A stretch of 64,000 nt of DNA from Octopus sinensis (GCF_006345805.1 NC_042997.1:129828001-129892000), one strand, 5' to 3'. Numbered from the stretch's first letter, positions 13,706 through 26,765 are shown. A program made the numbers and translations. Notes: generated from the letters alone by a model not told the origin.

Positions 13706-14895
13706 AATGAAATTCATAACATAATTGTTTATTCCTCTGTCTATATATATATATATTAGGTTTTTTTTTTACTGAAACTGAACTTGTCAGATCAGAGTGG
13801 CATGAAACTGGGACTCAAACTTTCAGATTTAGTTTCAATAAAAACGAAAAAAACTCATATCCTTGATATGTAACATAAACAAAAGTACACACACACACAC
13901 ATACATATATAAGTATATAAAAAGCACTGGTGCTGTGCCACATAAAAAGCACTCAGTACACTGTGAAATGGTTGACATTAGGAAGGGCATCCAGCCATAG
14001 AAACCATACCAGAACAGACAATAGAGCCTGGTGTAACAGCTCCTGTCAAACCGTCCAACATGAAGAAGGGACACTCAGCGATGATGATGATATACACATA
14101 TTTACATAAGTGTATGTAGATACATATACATTTTTATATGTATGTATATACATATGCACACACACATACACATCATCATTAACATCCCTCTTCCATGCAT
14201 ATATATATAGTTTTTAGACCTCTCTCTAGCAATGCAAAAATTACTTCTTTTTCTTTTCCTTGTTTTAAACCCCCTAAACATGATTACACCTTCACTTGCT
14301 TTTATCAGCTTTTACTTTTCCAGGTTTTGTACAAGTCATGCAAACCTCCAGAGTCTTTTCGCAAATGTTATATACAATTTTTAATACAATACTTTTCATT
14401 ATTATTTTAAGTTATTTTCTCCATTTTCACTTGTTTTTCTCTCACCTTGAACTTGCATCTTTTCTCCATTATTACTTTTTTTTGTGTTTTCTCTATTTTT
14501 TTCCTTTACTTTTTCATTTTTCTCTCTTCCACTTTTATATTTTACATTCTGTCATGTGCACACATGTACATCACTCACACCTTGCTCCTCCCCTGCCACA
14601 ATTTTCTTCTCACAGAAACACAAAACAATATTTTCTTTTTTTTTTGTACTAGTGTTGTATCGCACTTTTCTTTCTCCATTTTTTTTCTTTCTTCTTTCAT
14701 TTTGCTGCAAACAACATCTCATAAAAAACATATAAAGCAATTTGCTTCATATATCAATTTCAAAACACCAACACGCTACTATACACACATCAGCATTCAT
14801 CCACCCATCTAAAATCACTCCCAAAGAACTACATTCACGTTAGACCCTTACACACCTTGCCCTCCATCCTCTTTTCCCTTTTCACTATCTATACA

Positions 14896-14932
14896 TTCTT
14901 CTGATGAATGATTAGCATCTGAAACGTCATAT
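14896..14932 (+). ncRNA. Degenerate HHR relic, family B-like
   Basis: TCTT CTGATGA ATGATTAGCATCT GAAA CG TC, followed by CCTCCTTT..TGAGCCTAATA as in family B. The stems are decayed. Confidence 0.4.
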
Positions 14933-15665
14933 CATTCACCCTCCTTTTAAGCATGAGCCTAATACATTTCTTAGAAATTCTCCTTCCAGTATTGTTTTTC
15001 ATCATGCTCATTGTTTTCATAATATATATGAGTGCATGTGTGCAACACAAGACACTAGACTGGTGTACAATGTAATTGCATACATTTTGATGCAAGTCAG
15101 ATGTAGTGCCATTCCAATGTAATAAACAGCAAATAGCAAGTAAGTTTTCACAGGAAATCTTTTACTTGCAATGGTATTGAAAAAGGAGTGGTACAGAAAC
15201 AACTGTAACTAGTAATAAAGATGTTCAAAACTAGTGTTCTTGGATTATATATATAAAAATACACGTAAACATATACACACACACACATCATCATCATTAT
15301 CACCATTATCATTTAGCATCTTCTTCCCATGCTGGCATGGGTTAGATGGTTTGACTGAAACTGGTAAGCTGGAGAGGTGCACTAAGTGCCAATCTGATTT
15401 GGCATGGTTTCTACAGTTGGATGCCCTTCCTAACACCAACCACTCCAAGAGTATAATGGGTGCTTTTTACATGCCAGTTATGTGACACCTGCACCAGCAA
15501 CAACTATGATTTCACTTGGCTTGACAAGTCTTCTCAAGCATAGCATATCACCAAAAGTCTCAGTCACTTATCACCTCCATGAGGCCCAACGTTCAAAGGG
15601 TGCTATTTACATGACACTGGTATTGGTCATATATACGTATGTATATATATATATATATATATATA

Positions 15666-15940
15666 TACAGGAGTTACAGAATGGAGTGGATAAGATTCGG
15701 GCAACATATGTTTCATAGCAAAAGTGGTAAATATCCAGGCGAGGTGTATGCCACAGGCTACTCTTCAGGCCAAGGATATCTTAAATGAAAGTTAACATTG
15801 CCGCAAGAAGGTATATGTTAATGCATGGAAGTTTAGCCTGTGGAATACACCTTGCCCAGATATTTACCATTTTTTAGGTTCCACTCACTACGAAACATAT
15901 GCAGCCCGAATCTTATCTACTCCACTCTGTAACTTTTGTA
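15666..15940. repeat. Foldback (inverted repeat, ~95-105 bp arms) next to (TA)n
   Basis: TACAGGAGTTACAGAATGGAGTGGATAAGATTCGGGC..CATATGTTTC pairs with GAAACATATG..GCCCGAATCTTATCTACTCCACTCTGTAACTTTTGTA. Confidence 0.9.
15700..15771 (-). ncRNA. Type I hammerhead ribozyme motif
   Basis: Minus strand reads GGC CTGAAGA GTAGC...GCTAT GAAA CATATG TT GCC. The core is canonical, stem III is palindromic and the site is GUU. Confidence 0.75.
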
Positions 15941-16079
15941 TTTTTATTTGCACACCTGGAAACCACAGTTGCCTACTGTGAAATATAAAATGAACATTTT
16001 TCAGTTTATTGTACTTTGATAGTTTGATCAAAGGAACTAGGTATTGCAACCAAAAATAAATACCCTTCCATCATTGGAC

Positions 16080-16566
16080 AATATGCTGTGCTTGAGAAGA
16101 CCTGTAGAGCCAACTGAAATTGTAGTCATGGCTGATGCCAGTGCCACCTGACTGGCACCCATGCTGGTAGCATGTAAAAAGCATTATTCAAGTGTGAGTG
16201 ATGCTAAACAATGATGAATGATGATATGTATATATATATATGTGTATATATATGTATCACCATCTGAGCAGCATGGTCCTTGCCAGTGCCGCCGGACTGG
16301 CTCCCGTGCAAGTAGCATGTAAAAAACATCTTTTGAGCATGGTCATTGCCAGAACTGCCTGTGACTGGCCCTTGTGCCGGTGGCACGTAAAAGCACCCAC
16401 TACACTCTCAGAGTAGTTGATGTTAGGAAGGGCATCCAGCTGTAGGAACTTTGCCAGATAAGATTGAGCCTGGTGCAGCTTTCTGGTTTACCAGTCCTCA
16501 GTCAAACCATCCAACCCATGCCAGCATGGAAAGTGGATGTTAAATGATGATGATGATGATGATGAT
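16080..16566 (+). mobile_element. RTE LINE 3' UTR copy with internal ~60-bp repeats
   Basis: Repeated GTGC.GGTGGCACGTAAAAGCACC units, then the conserved tail and (GAT)n. Confidence 0.8.
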
Positions 16567-16589
16567 GTATATACACACACACGTATATA

Positions 16590-17090
16590 GATGTTAGGGG
16601 TGATGTGATTGCAGAATTTGTCTGACAGCCATGACTGGGTTCTCCTGCTTGTGTGGCTGGTGGAGAGTCCTGTTGCCAGACATATGGTTTTCTAGCAGCC
16701 ACCCTCTTAACCCAGGACAGTACTACCTCCTCCAGGCACTTGATGTAGGCCTCCATGTTGAGTCTGAGGCCATGCGGGAAGATGAATGGAGGTATAGCAT
16801 TGCCATCAGTAGCAATCACTCCAAACAACAGGATGTTGACTGGATGTTTGATTTTTATCAGTCTCAGTATATGTTTGTATTGGAGCTTCCAGCGCTTCAT
16901 ATTGGAGTTTCTGGAGTGAACGCCAACCAGTACAGCAGGTTGTTTCCAAATTTCTGGCAGAGTGGTGCTATTTTCCTCACAGACAGTGCCCAATTGATGC
17001 TACTATACAGTGTAGTCGATAAAATCAAAAACGATGTGCATGTGCGAAATTCAAAGTATAAAAGGGCAACAATTTACCCATCGTACCCTG
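16590..17090 (-). mobile_element. Truncated second copy of the DD37D maT element
   Basis: ORF 16502-16993 encodes KHPVNILLFGVIATDGNAIPPFIFPHGLRLNMEAY..WQQDS. The TIR GGCAACAATTTACCCATCGTACCCTG-TA ends at 17090. Confidence 0.85.
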
Positions 17091-17172
17091 TATATGGATT
17101 TATATACATGTACATATGTATACGTAAATACATGTATATACATCATCATCATATAAATACATAAATGTACAA

Positions 17173-17243
<71 letters not shown>

Positions 17244-17315
17244 GGGGAAAGTACTTACTTTCTTCCCCTTACATTTCCACGTGTAGTTTCTATTCTTTTT
17301 GTAAAATATTTCTAT

Positions 17316-17346
<31 letters not shown>

Positions 17347-17400
17347 CGTTTAAATATTTGTTGTGCAAGATTTTTTATGTGAAGTCGTGTGTTGAAACAG

Positions 17401-17642
17401 ATATTGTTATATTTCGGAATGGTCATATTGCCAGTTTAGCCAATAAGGAGAGACACAAGTAAGTGAGAAGAAAACAAAGGACCACTGATGCGGTCACAGG
17501 AGTGTGACGAAAGAACTTTGGCCGAAATAAGATTAAGATTAATGTAAAAAATAAATATCACTGAAGCAAAATAACACCAAATATATAGTGCGTGTGTTTT
17601 TATTGGCTAAACTGGCAATATGACCATTCCGAAATATAACAA

Positions 17643-17645
<3 letters not shown>
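17401..17645. repeat. Perfect 46-bp inverted repeat with HHR-containing spacer, between (TA)n tracts
   Basis: ATATTGTTATATTTCGGAATGGTCATATTGCCAGTTTAGCCAATAA (17401-17446) and its reverse complement (17600-17645). Confidence 0.9.
17482..17521 (+). ncRNA. HHR-like motif (A9C)
   Basis: CCA CTGATGC G GTCAC AGGAGT GTGAC GAAA GAAC TT TGG. Confidence 0.6.
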
Positions 17646-17693
<48 letters not shown>

Positions 17694-17720
17694 TATATAT
17701 ATACACACATATATATATAC

Positions 17721-17775
<55 letters not shown>

Positions 17776-18107
17776 TATATATATATACACACACACATAT
17801 ATATATACACACACATATATATATAGTTAAATACATTGTATGAGAATATTATATACTGAATTTACAATGAGTGCTCTTTTGTATCAAAGTTTTAATACTA
17901 TTAAAGTATTTATACATTTAATACGAGTGAATATATATAATATATTGTTAATAATATCAGAAAATTCTTCAGAAAGATATATACATGTGTAGAATAATTA
18001 TTGTATTAAAAATATAAATATATATAGATGTATGTAAATATGTATAAATATATAATAATAAATATGAAAGTTTAAAATTTAATAGTTTAAGATTATGTTT
18101 TTAAAAC

Positions 18108-18197
18108 ATCTTACGATCGTTTCACAAAAACATTGTCTCTATAATGGAATCCTATATTAATAAACATTTATAGACAATGCTTCTGCTCCTCAGAGAT
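18108..18197 (-). ncRNA. Type I hammerhead ribozyme motif, left arm
   Basis: Minus strand reads ATCT CTGAGGA GCAGAAGCATTGTCT...AGACAATGTTTTTGT GAAA CGATCG TA AGAT. Confidence 0.8.
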
Positions 18198-18328
18198 ATA
18201 AAATGTGATGTTTGTATAATTTATTGAATGGTAGTTTTTATTAAAAAATATGAAGTAATATGTGAAATTATTACTTCATATTTTTAAAAAACTACCATTC
18301 GATAAATTATACAAACTTCACATTTTAT

Positions 18329-18418
18329 ATCTCTGACGAGCAGAAGTATTGTCTATAAATATTTATTAATATAGGATTCCATTATAGAGACAATACTTAT
18401 GCGAAACGATCGTAAGAT
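18329..18418 (+). ncRNA. Type I hammerhead ribozyme motif, right arm
   Basis: ATCT CTGACGA GCAGAAGTATTGTCT...AGACAATACTTATGC GAAA CGATCG TA AGAT. The core is canonical, stem II is long, stem III is palindromic and the site is GUA. Confidence 0.85.
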
Positions 18419-18467
18419 GCTTTAAAAACTTAATTTTAAACTTTCATATTTATTATTATATATTTAT

Positions 18468-19113
18468 CATCATCATCATCATCATCATTTAGTGACCGCT
18501 TTCCATGCTAGCATGGGTTGGACGGGTCAACTGGGGTCTGTGAAGCTGGAAGGCTTCGTCAGGCCCAGTCAGATCTGGCAGTGTTTCTACGGTTGGATGC
18601 CCTTCCTAACGCCAACCACTCCGCGAGTGTAGTGGGTGTTTTTACGTGCCACCTGCACAGGTGCCAGACAGAGCTGGCGAACGGCCATGAACGGATGGTG
18701 CTTTTACGTGTCACCGGCACAGGGGCCAGGCGATGCTGGCAACGGACACGAACGGATGGTGCTTTTACGTGCCACCGACACGGGGCCAGACAGAGCTGGC
18801 AAACGGCCACGAACAGACGGTGCTTTTACGTGTCACCGGCACAGGGGCCAGCCGAGGCTGGCAACGGACGCGAACGGATGGTGCTTTTACGTGCCACCGA
18901 CACGGTTGCCAGACAGAGCTGGCAAACGGCCACGAGCGGACGGTGCTTTTACGTGTCACTGGCACGGGGGCCAGCCGAGGCTGGCAACAGACACAAACGG
19001 ATGGTGCTTTTACGTGCCACCGAAACGGGGCCAGACAGAGCTGGCAAACGGCCACGAATGGGTGGTGCTTTTACATGCCACCGACACGGGGCCAGACAGA
19101 GCTGGCAAATGGC
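18468..19113 (-). repeat. RTE 3' UTR copy with expanded ~61-bp (A/B dimer ~122 bp) GC-rich minisatellite
   Basis: GTGCTTTTAC recurs at about 18698, 18759, 18820, 18881, 18943, 19004 and 19065, and the array runs into the gap. Confidence 0.9.
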
Positions 19114-19213
19114 NNNNNNNNNNNNNNNNNNNNNNNNNNNNNNNNNNNNNNNNNNNNNNNNNNNNNNNNNNNNNNNNNNNNNNNNNNNNNNNNNNNNNNN
19201 NNNNNNNNNNNNN
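19114..19213. other. Assembly gap (100 N)
   Basis: Run of N. Confidence 1.
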
Positions 19214-19229
19214 ACAGACACACACACAC

Positions 19230-19297
<68 letters not shown>

Positions 19298-19301
19298 TAC
19301 C

Positions 19302-19890
19302 AACTTTAGGTTAGTTAAAATATGTTTGTAACATATTTTGACTTCTAAAGGCAAATTCACTGCAGTTACTGTGGAGAAAAAAATTCTCTCCTATGGAAAA
19401 AGGGTGTAAAAACAGGTGTAATAATGCCTTTAGAAGTTAAAATATGTCACAAACATATTCTAACCAACCAAAAGTTCATTTATGCCTAAACTCTGCCTGG
19501 TGCTGATACTGGTGTATACCTATATAATCATATGCCTGAGTACATATATATATATATATATATATATAGATAGATAGATAGATACATACATATGTGCTTA
19601 TGTGTGTATATAAATATATATGAACATATATTTTAACTACTTACATATCTTAAAATACTAAAGGCAAATTCGATGCAGTTACTGTGGAGAAAACAATTCT
19701 CTCTTATAGTACAAGGTGTAAAAACATGATACCTGCCAAATACGTCTTGGTGTTTTTACACTTTTTACCATAATAGATTATTTTTTTCTCCAACGTAACT
19801 GCCATGAATGCCTTTAGAAGTTAAAATATGCCAGAAACATATTTTAACGAACCTTAAGTTCATTTATTCCTAATCATTGCTTGGTGCTGA
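19302..19890. repeat. Two related foldback units (19302-19476 and 19658-19890)
   Basis: Both share CTAAAGGCAAATTC..GCAGTTACTGTGGAGAAAA and the inverted TGCCTTTAGAAGTTAAAATATG arm. Confidence 0.8.
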
Positions 19891-20506
19891 TGCTGCTATA
19901 AATACATATGTATATGCACATTCATACATATGTATGGATACATAAATGTAGTCACGTATGTACGAACATGCACACACACGCTTATGTGTGTAATGAACAC
20001 CATTGGTGGACTAGGTGGGTAGTATGATATCAAGGTTTTCATGCAAAGATAATTCATCAATCTTATTTGCGATTATAATAGTGATGTATCTTCTTTTGTT
20101 CTACCATATGTATTTGAATCCATGTGGAATAAGAAATCACTTTCTGTAATAATAGATAAAAGCTAGCATCATGATGGGCATCTGGCAAGCAAACAATGCC
20201 ACAATACCTTAAAAATAAATTAATATATTGTACATATATACTACATGCATATGTGTTTGTGTGTGTGTGTACAAAGTTTCGATCGTGGGCCAGTTTGCTT
20301 AGTCTAATGACTTCTTATAGACAGATCTTGAAACCCCCAACATTCTTCACATTTACGACCATATTCTGCAATCATTTCTTCACTGACAACTCACTTGACT
20401 GACACACCCACCTTCAATTTCTCTAATAATGGTATTCTTATTAGGAGTTTTATTTGTTGATAATCTGTTGATTAATGAACAAGTTGTTGCTCACCCATTT
20501 TACCTG

Positions 20507-20601
20507 ATTGCCTGATGAGTTGGGGTTATATAACATATTACACAATCTAATTGTATAATGCTTGTCAAAATAACAACTCCTAACGCAAAAATTGTAGCAA
20601 T
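20507..20601 (+). ncRNA. Degenerate type I HHR with long stem II
   Basis: ATTGC CTGATGA GTTGGGGTT...AACTCCTAAC GCAA AAATTG TA GCAAT. It differs from GAAA CAATTG TA by two substitutions, and stem I is ATTGC/GCAAT. A (TA)n tract follows. Confidence 0.6.
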
Positions 20602-20648
20602 ACTAGATAACCATTCGTCTGTTTTATTATGTGCACACACACACCAGT

Positions 20649-20690
<42 letters not shown>

Positions 20691-20803
20691 ATATATATGC
20701 ATGTAATATATGTTATATATATATGTATGTATATATATATATATATAGATATATGTGTGTGTGTATATATATATATATATATGTGTGGTGTGTATATATA
20801 TAT

Positions 20804-20841
<38 letters not shown>

Positions 20842-20911
20842 ACACATCTATATACAAAGGTATACGTAAATAATAATTATATATGTATTAATACACAAAC
20901 ATATATTCATA

Positions 20912-21135
20912 AATATACATATATTTACTGAACTACACACTCGCCCGCTTGGGTGTGCGCATAAACATATATATATGTGTGTATATATATATATACATTT
21001 ATATATATACACATATGTATATATATGTGTGTGTATATACACATACACACACACACATATATATATATAAAATTTAAATATACATATATTTACTGAACTA
21101 TACACTCGCCCGTTTGGGTGTGCGCATAAACATAT
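20912..21135. repeat. Local direct duplication within (TA)n
   Basis: CATATATTTACTGAACTA.ACACTCGCCCG.TTGGGTGTGCGCATAAACATAT occurs twice, ~165 bp apart. Confidence 0.8.
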
Positions 21136-21194
21136 ATATACATGTGTGTATATATATATATACATTTATATATATATACATATGTATATATATT

Positions 21195-21232
<38 letters not shown>

Positions 21233-22486
21233 CACACACATACTTACGTACACACACACATAGTATAGTGAATGAGATCTATGTCGGCTTTTATAGATTC
21301 AACAAGTGACGTTATATGTGCATCATGTAATGATGCTATGTCAGCTTAGACCACTGGCTGTCTGTATATGATAGAATACAGGAATACCTTGCTGAGAGGA
21401 AAAGTAGCAGACAATGATGCCATAATGAAGAAATGTCCAAATGTCAGATATTATTTCCCCATGGATATTTCCTTATCATGACTGTAGTAGTCCGGGCCTA
21501 GCAAGTAAGAGAGACTAGCCACCACCTACACAGAATTACGGCTGCTGGTAAATTAACCTGAGATGAAGACGATGATGGGAATGATTATGAAGATGATAAT
21601 GGTGGTGAGGATGATGACTGCAATCAACTACATATTTAGTCGCCTTAAATGATTGAATGTGTTTTGAAAAAAGTGTTAAAATCAGCATCAACAGAAATAA
21701 ATAATCTATTAAACGATAATACACACTGGAACAGCTTTACATAGACATATTATATACATACACACACATACATATACACATCTACATACACACTAATATA
21801 TATAATATATATATATATATATTGAATGTGTATATATATATATACATACATTATACACACACACACGCAGTGGAACTGCTACTAATCCAGTGTCAGTGGT
21901 AAGAGAAGTGCTGCCGCGCACTCCACCCTTCCCTCCTTCCTCCTACACTTTCTAATCATCTCCTCCACCTCTCTCTCTCTCTCTCTCTATCACACACACA
22001 CACACAACATTGATGGCTATCACCGAAGATTAACGGAGCTAAATCCCGGAAGCAAGACTAAAAGAGAAATGGTATTAACTGACAACAACGATTTATACAT
22101 ACTACACAAACACACACACACACATTTCTATGTATGTGTGTGTGTTTGAATGCTGATATGCGCGTGTAATCTTCAGTCATACAAAGATTGAAGAACTATG
22201 GAAGATTGAGAATGTATAATATATACATATAAATATATATATACATATATAACCGGAACTGTGTATAGAAGGAAAGGCTGTAGAATGTAAAGAGGATTGT
22301 CAGGGATGTTGCCGTTATGGCAAACATCTGGTGAGGAATGATGATTCCGACAACAGGGTCAACTAGATCAAAGCTCCGGTACATAATTAATGTAATGCCA
22401 GCACACCATAGAACTTTAATGAATAGTTAGATAACAAGAAATAATGAGGATGATAATATAATAATAATAATAAAATGTGATCTTAC

Positions 22487-22529
22487 TTCATTTGTTTAAC
22501 TATTGTGCTTTTCCCTGATTCTCCGGCTC
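22487..22529 (-). CDS. GNAO1: G protein alpha-o subunit, coding exon 2 (P-loop)
   Basis: cag|GA GCC GGA GAA TCA GGG AAA AGC ACA ATA GTT AAA CAA ATG AA|gtaag encodes (G)AGESGKSTIVKQMK. It is 43 nt and in phase with exon 1, and is missing from the ORF track. Confidence 0.97.
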
Positions 22530-22872
22530 CTGTATAGAGAAGACAGAGACCATGTTAATAATATTATTTTTGTAGGAAATATTAAATGATGATAATTATA
22601 ATGATAATAATATTAATAATATTAATGATTAAACAGTTTGTAAAGGTTGTAGAAATGACGAAGGGATGAAGGTGTTGGAGTAAAAATGTAAAAGTAGCTG
22701 TGCTAAGAGATTTATGATGAGATGAAGATGGTAAGCAAGAAGTGTGCAGGTTGAAATGTCTGTGAAGCTGAGAGAACTGTTATAGTGATCAAATATGGCT
22801 GACTTCGGTGGAAGAATCACTCAACAAACAGCAGCACAGTCTTTGTGTTAGTGCTTCCTCCTCACTGGACTA

Positions 22873-23127
<255 letters not shown>

Positions 23128-24277
23128 TCAGAAACGAGGGAGAATAACCGACAATAAAGTGACACCTTCAATTTACGGTTTAGACACAATTTTCTTACTG
23201 CTATTTTTTTTTTTGTTTTGGTTATGGTTTTACAGACTTCTTTCTTTTTTTCTATCCTATATATATATGTATATATATTACATTTGCAGAACCTATGTGG
23301 TATGTTTCCGTGTGATTTAGTCCTGCATGTGAAAAAAATAACAGCTCCTATTTAAGAGAGTCGGGGAGACAGTAGAAAAAAAAGGGGTCGATAGCGATGT
23401 CGGGCCAGGCTGTGCTGCTAGCTAATGGCTCAGCGAGATTTTCCAATACATCCAATCATCTAGGGTTCTCTTCACATCGAGGCCACCGATCTCCCCCTCT
23501 CTTTCTCTATCTCTCTCTTCCTCTTCACTCAAACAACACTTATTCTGTCTCTCCCTTACTCTTTCGCTCTCTCTCTCAGCTATGGCACCCAGCTTACGGA
23601 CCACACGAAACAGTTCTGTCTCAAACACGATCCGGAAGGTTACAGGAAAAAAAAATCTGCGGTTGACAGAGGAAGATGGGTCACCCTGCCGTTAGCGTAG
23701 AATTCACAACGCTAGCTGATTTTCTTTCTCTCTCCGCCACTCCTTCTTGGACTGTATATATTTCTATACTTCTTTCTAACGGCTTTCCGAACTCTCTCTC
23801 AACCTCAGTTTTCCGAACAATCTCCTACTCTGTCCTGTATGCTGCTCTCACTTTCACCCTCTTTACCTCCTTACACTATCTCTCTCTTTCTCGTTCGCTA
23901 TATCTCTAACTGTCAAGCTCCACTCAAACTTGGCCCTAACTTAACTCCCCACTCCTTGTCTACTGCTCCACTTGCTTTTACTCCGACACTTTCTCTTTCG
24001 ATTTACTTGTTTCTTTCACACGTCTTCTTTCTCCATTCTGTTCTCTTCTATTTTCTTACTATCCATGTCGTTCGCGCTCTTCTGTCTTACTCTGTTGCAT
24101 TATATCTATATATCTTACATTATATTACATTATGCTATATTATATTATATTATTATATTACATTATATTATATTATATATTTCTCCTTGTCTATCTGTCT
24201 ATATATATATATATAATATAATAATAATATATATATATAATATATATATATATAATATATATATATATATTATATAT

Positions 24278-24319
<42 letters not shown>

Positions 24320-24373
24320 GAGAGAGAGAGAGAAAGAGGTTTAGCGATGCAAACAGGAAAAATAGAATTCTTA

Positions 24374-24411
<38 letters not shown>

Positions 24412-24566
24412 CCGAAAGTTTCGTGTCTTACCCTAATCTAACAGTTTGATGAATGCTAATACACGGAACATTCGACACTTGAGTCACTCTGTTACATCTG
24501 CCAAATATATCTCTTATCTATGTGTGTGTGTGTGTGTATCTACTGTTTTCCTTCGTTAGTTTATTC

Positions 24567-24598
<32 letters not shown>

Positions 24599-25849
24599 GT
24601 ATCGTCTCACCCGAATGTGACGTGTGCCGTAACTCTCCCTCAATCTCTGTCTCTCTCTCTCTCTCTTATACATACATACATACATACAAACACTTATATA
24701 ATGACACTATTATTCTGTCTCCCATTTTCATACCCAAGCATACATACTCTAAGTCCTCCCCCGCCTCTCTAAAACATAACCATTCTTTCTCCTCCCTCAC
24801 TCACACTCACAGCCAAACACCCACCAACCTACACATCTATATATATATATATAAATGTATATATATAAATATATATATAAATGTATATATGTACGAATGT
24901 GTGTGTGTGTGTGCGTTTGCTCTATCTATATTCACCCCCACTATATACACATTTCATACACACATACGTTACATCTCCCGACAGACACACGCACACACCT
25001 TTTACATGTGTGTTTATACCTTACGTGTTTCTCTCCTCTCACAGATGTGTGATTTTCTTTCTTTTCATTATATACATTATACATACACGCAAGCTTTTTC
25101 TTTCTCACTCTCTCTTTCACTCATCTTCTCTATCATCACACGTTCTCTTAACATTTCCCCCTTGTATTTCTTTGCTTTCCCTTTCTATATCTTCCGTTAC
25201 TTCTCTCACTTCCTCTTTTTAATTCTTATTTCCTATTCCCTCTTTTCTTCCTCTCTCTTTTATTTATCTGTATATACTTCATTTTCTTCAGTTTTCCCTC
25301 TCATTTCTATGTATTTCCTTCTCTGACTCTTTTTCTTATTCTACAGATCTTCTTTCTCTTTTATTCTTCCTCTTCTATACTTCCTTATCTCTTCCTGCTC
25401 GATATTCATCTATATTTCTATCATCGTTTTATTTTCTCTGTATAACCCTCTCCGTCAATCCTCCGTTTATCTATGTATCTCTGTTTCCCTCATCTCTCTT
25501 TCCTAAACCAAGAAAAAGTTGAGGAAATGTCGTTAGGCACGCTGAAAGGATAAAACCTTCTTAACTCTTGCTGATCTGATGTTAGAAGGGAAGGCACAGA
25601 TAAACCGACAGACACGATTCATCTATAGATATATAAAGGAGAGAAAAAAGACAGATGGGGAACGATTATAGGATAGAAGAGATGAAAGCGAAAGAAGACT
25701 ACACTCTAACTCTCTATCCCTCTCTCACTCACTTTCTCATACAAATGCGCTCGCGCACACACTCACATATACATACATGTATGTGTGTGTGTAATAGTAA
25801 ACAACAAAACGAAGAGAAAGGGGTAGTGTAGAGAGAAAAAGAAGCCACA

Positions 25850-26000
25850 GCCACCGAATTCCAGTCGATTGCTGTAGCTGCTGCTGCTGCAGCTGCTGAT
25901 GTTGCTGCTACTGCTGCTGCCGCAGTTGATCGAACTGAGTTGGTAGCGAAGTGAAAATCACACTGTTGCGGGGCCGCTACGTGACGTCAATAGAGGCACG
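25850..26000 (-). promoter_or_regulatory. Putative Gao promoter or first non-coding exon with CRE and Inr-like motif
   Basis: CpG-enriched patch with a perfect CRE TGACGTCA at 25982-25989. A minus-strand TCAGTT (Inr-like) at 25938-25933 is followed by a CAG-rich tract. Confidence 0.4.
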
Positions 26001-26334
26001 GGGTCTAGATATATTAGCATCCAGCAGGAGATACAATTAAAAAATTATGAAAATGATGTCTCCCACCATCACCCTTATCTCTTTTTCTCTCCCCCTCTTT
26101 TCCCCCTCTCTCACTCGTACGTACCCGCCCCTCCTTCTTTCTTCATTAACCATTCTTTCATTCTCCACGATTCTTCTCAATTTACCCACCTTGGAGTAGA
26201 TTTATGCATGTGTTTCAACAGAACCTTGGAAGTGAATAAATGAGCTTTTTTTGTCTAGGAATTTACACATACACACACACACGTGTACATATATACACGT
26301 ATTTACATATATGCACGTAGTGAAATATATACCT

Positions 26335-26380
<46 letters not shown>

Positions 26381-26674
26381 TCTCTGCCATTATTACTAAT
26401 GTAAAGTAACATCATTTCGTTGGTGATTTGTCTTTCTGTGTCTCTACTCATTCCCTCTTTCCAATCTGCGCTGTATTCTTCAGAAGCACACTTGGAATTT
26501 ATTCCTCCACACATTCGGAAGAGAATGTTTCTCTAGTTTATCGAAACGAAACTCTAAAAAGCAGATCAGTTCCTGCAAAAGTAGCGCATTACGGTATGCA
26601 GCTACCACCTTGACTTACGGTAGGTAGACAGGTATAATGATGGGTTAATAGCAAGACCTACAGAACAGATGATA

Positions 26675-26678
26675 GATA

Positions 26679-26750
<72 letters not shown>

Positions 26751-26765
26751 GATAGATAGATAGAT

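Larger units (their letters stand above)
18044..18467. repeat. Long foldback (~200-bp arms, 8-nt loop at 18261-18268) with one HHR per arm
   Basis: The arms are reverse complements along their length, e.g. CATCTTACGATCGTTTC / GAAACGATCGTAAGATG. Confidence 0.95.

Noticed and set aside
18636-19113. CRISPR-like regularly spaced repeats
   Set aside because: The intervening sequences are themselves repeats (A/B variants), there are no cas genes, and the context is eukaryotic.
18518-19360. Long ORFs (257, 231 and 193 aa) in several frames
   Set aside because: They are products of a stop-poor GC-rich minisatellite plus an N gap, and are open in multiple frames.
24520-25326. 268-aa ORF upstream of Gao
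   Set aside because: Low-complexity CT/CA/TA sequence with no recognisable domain.
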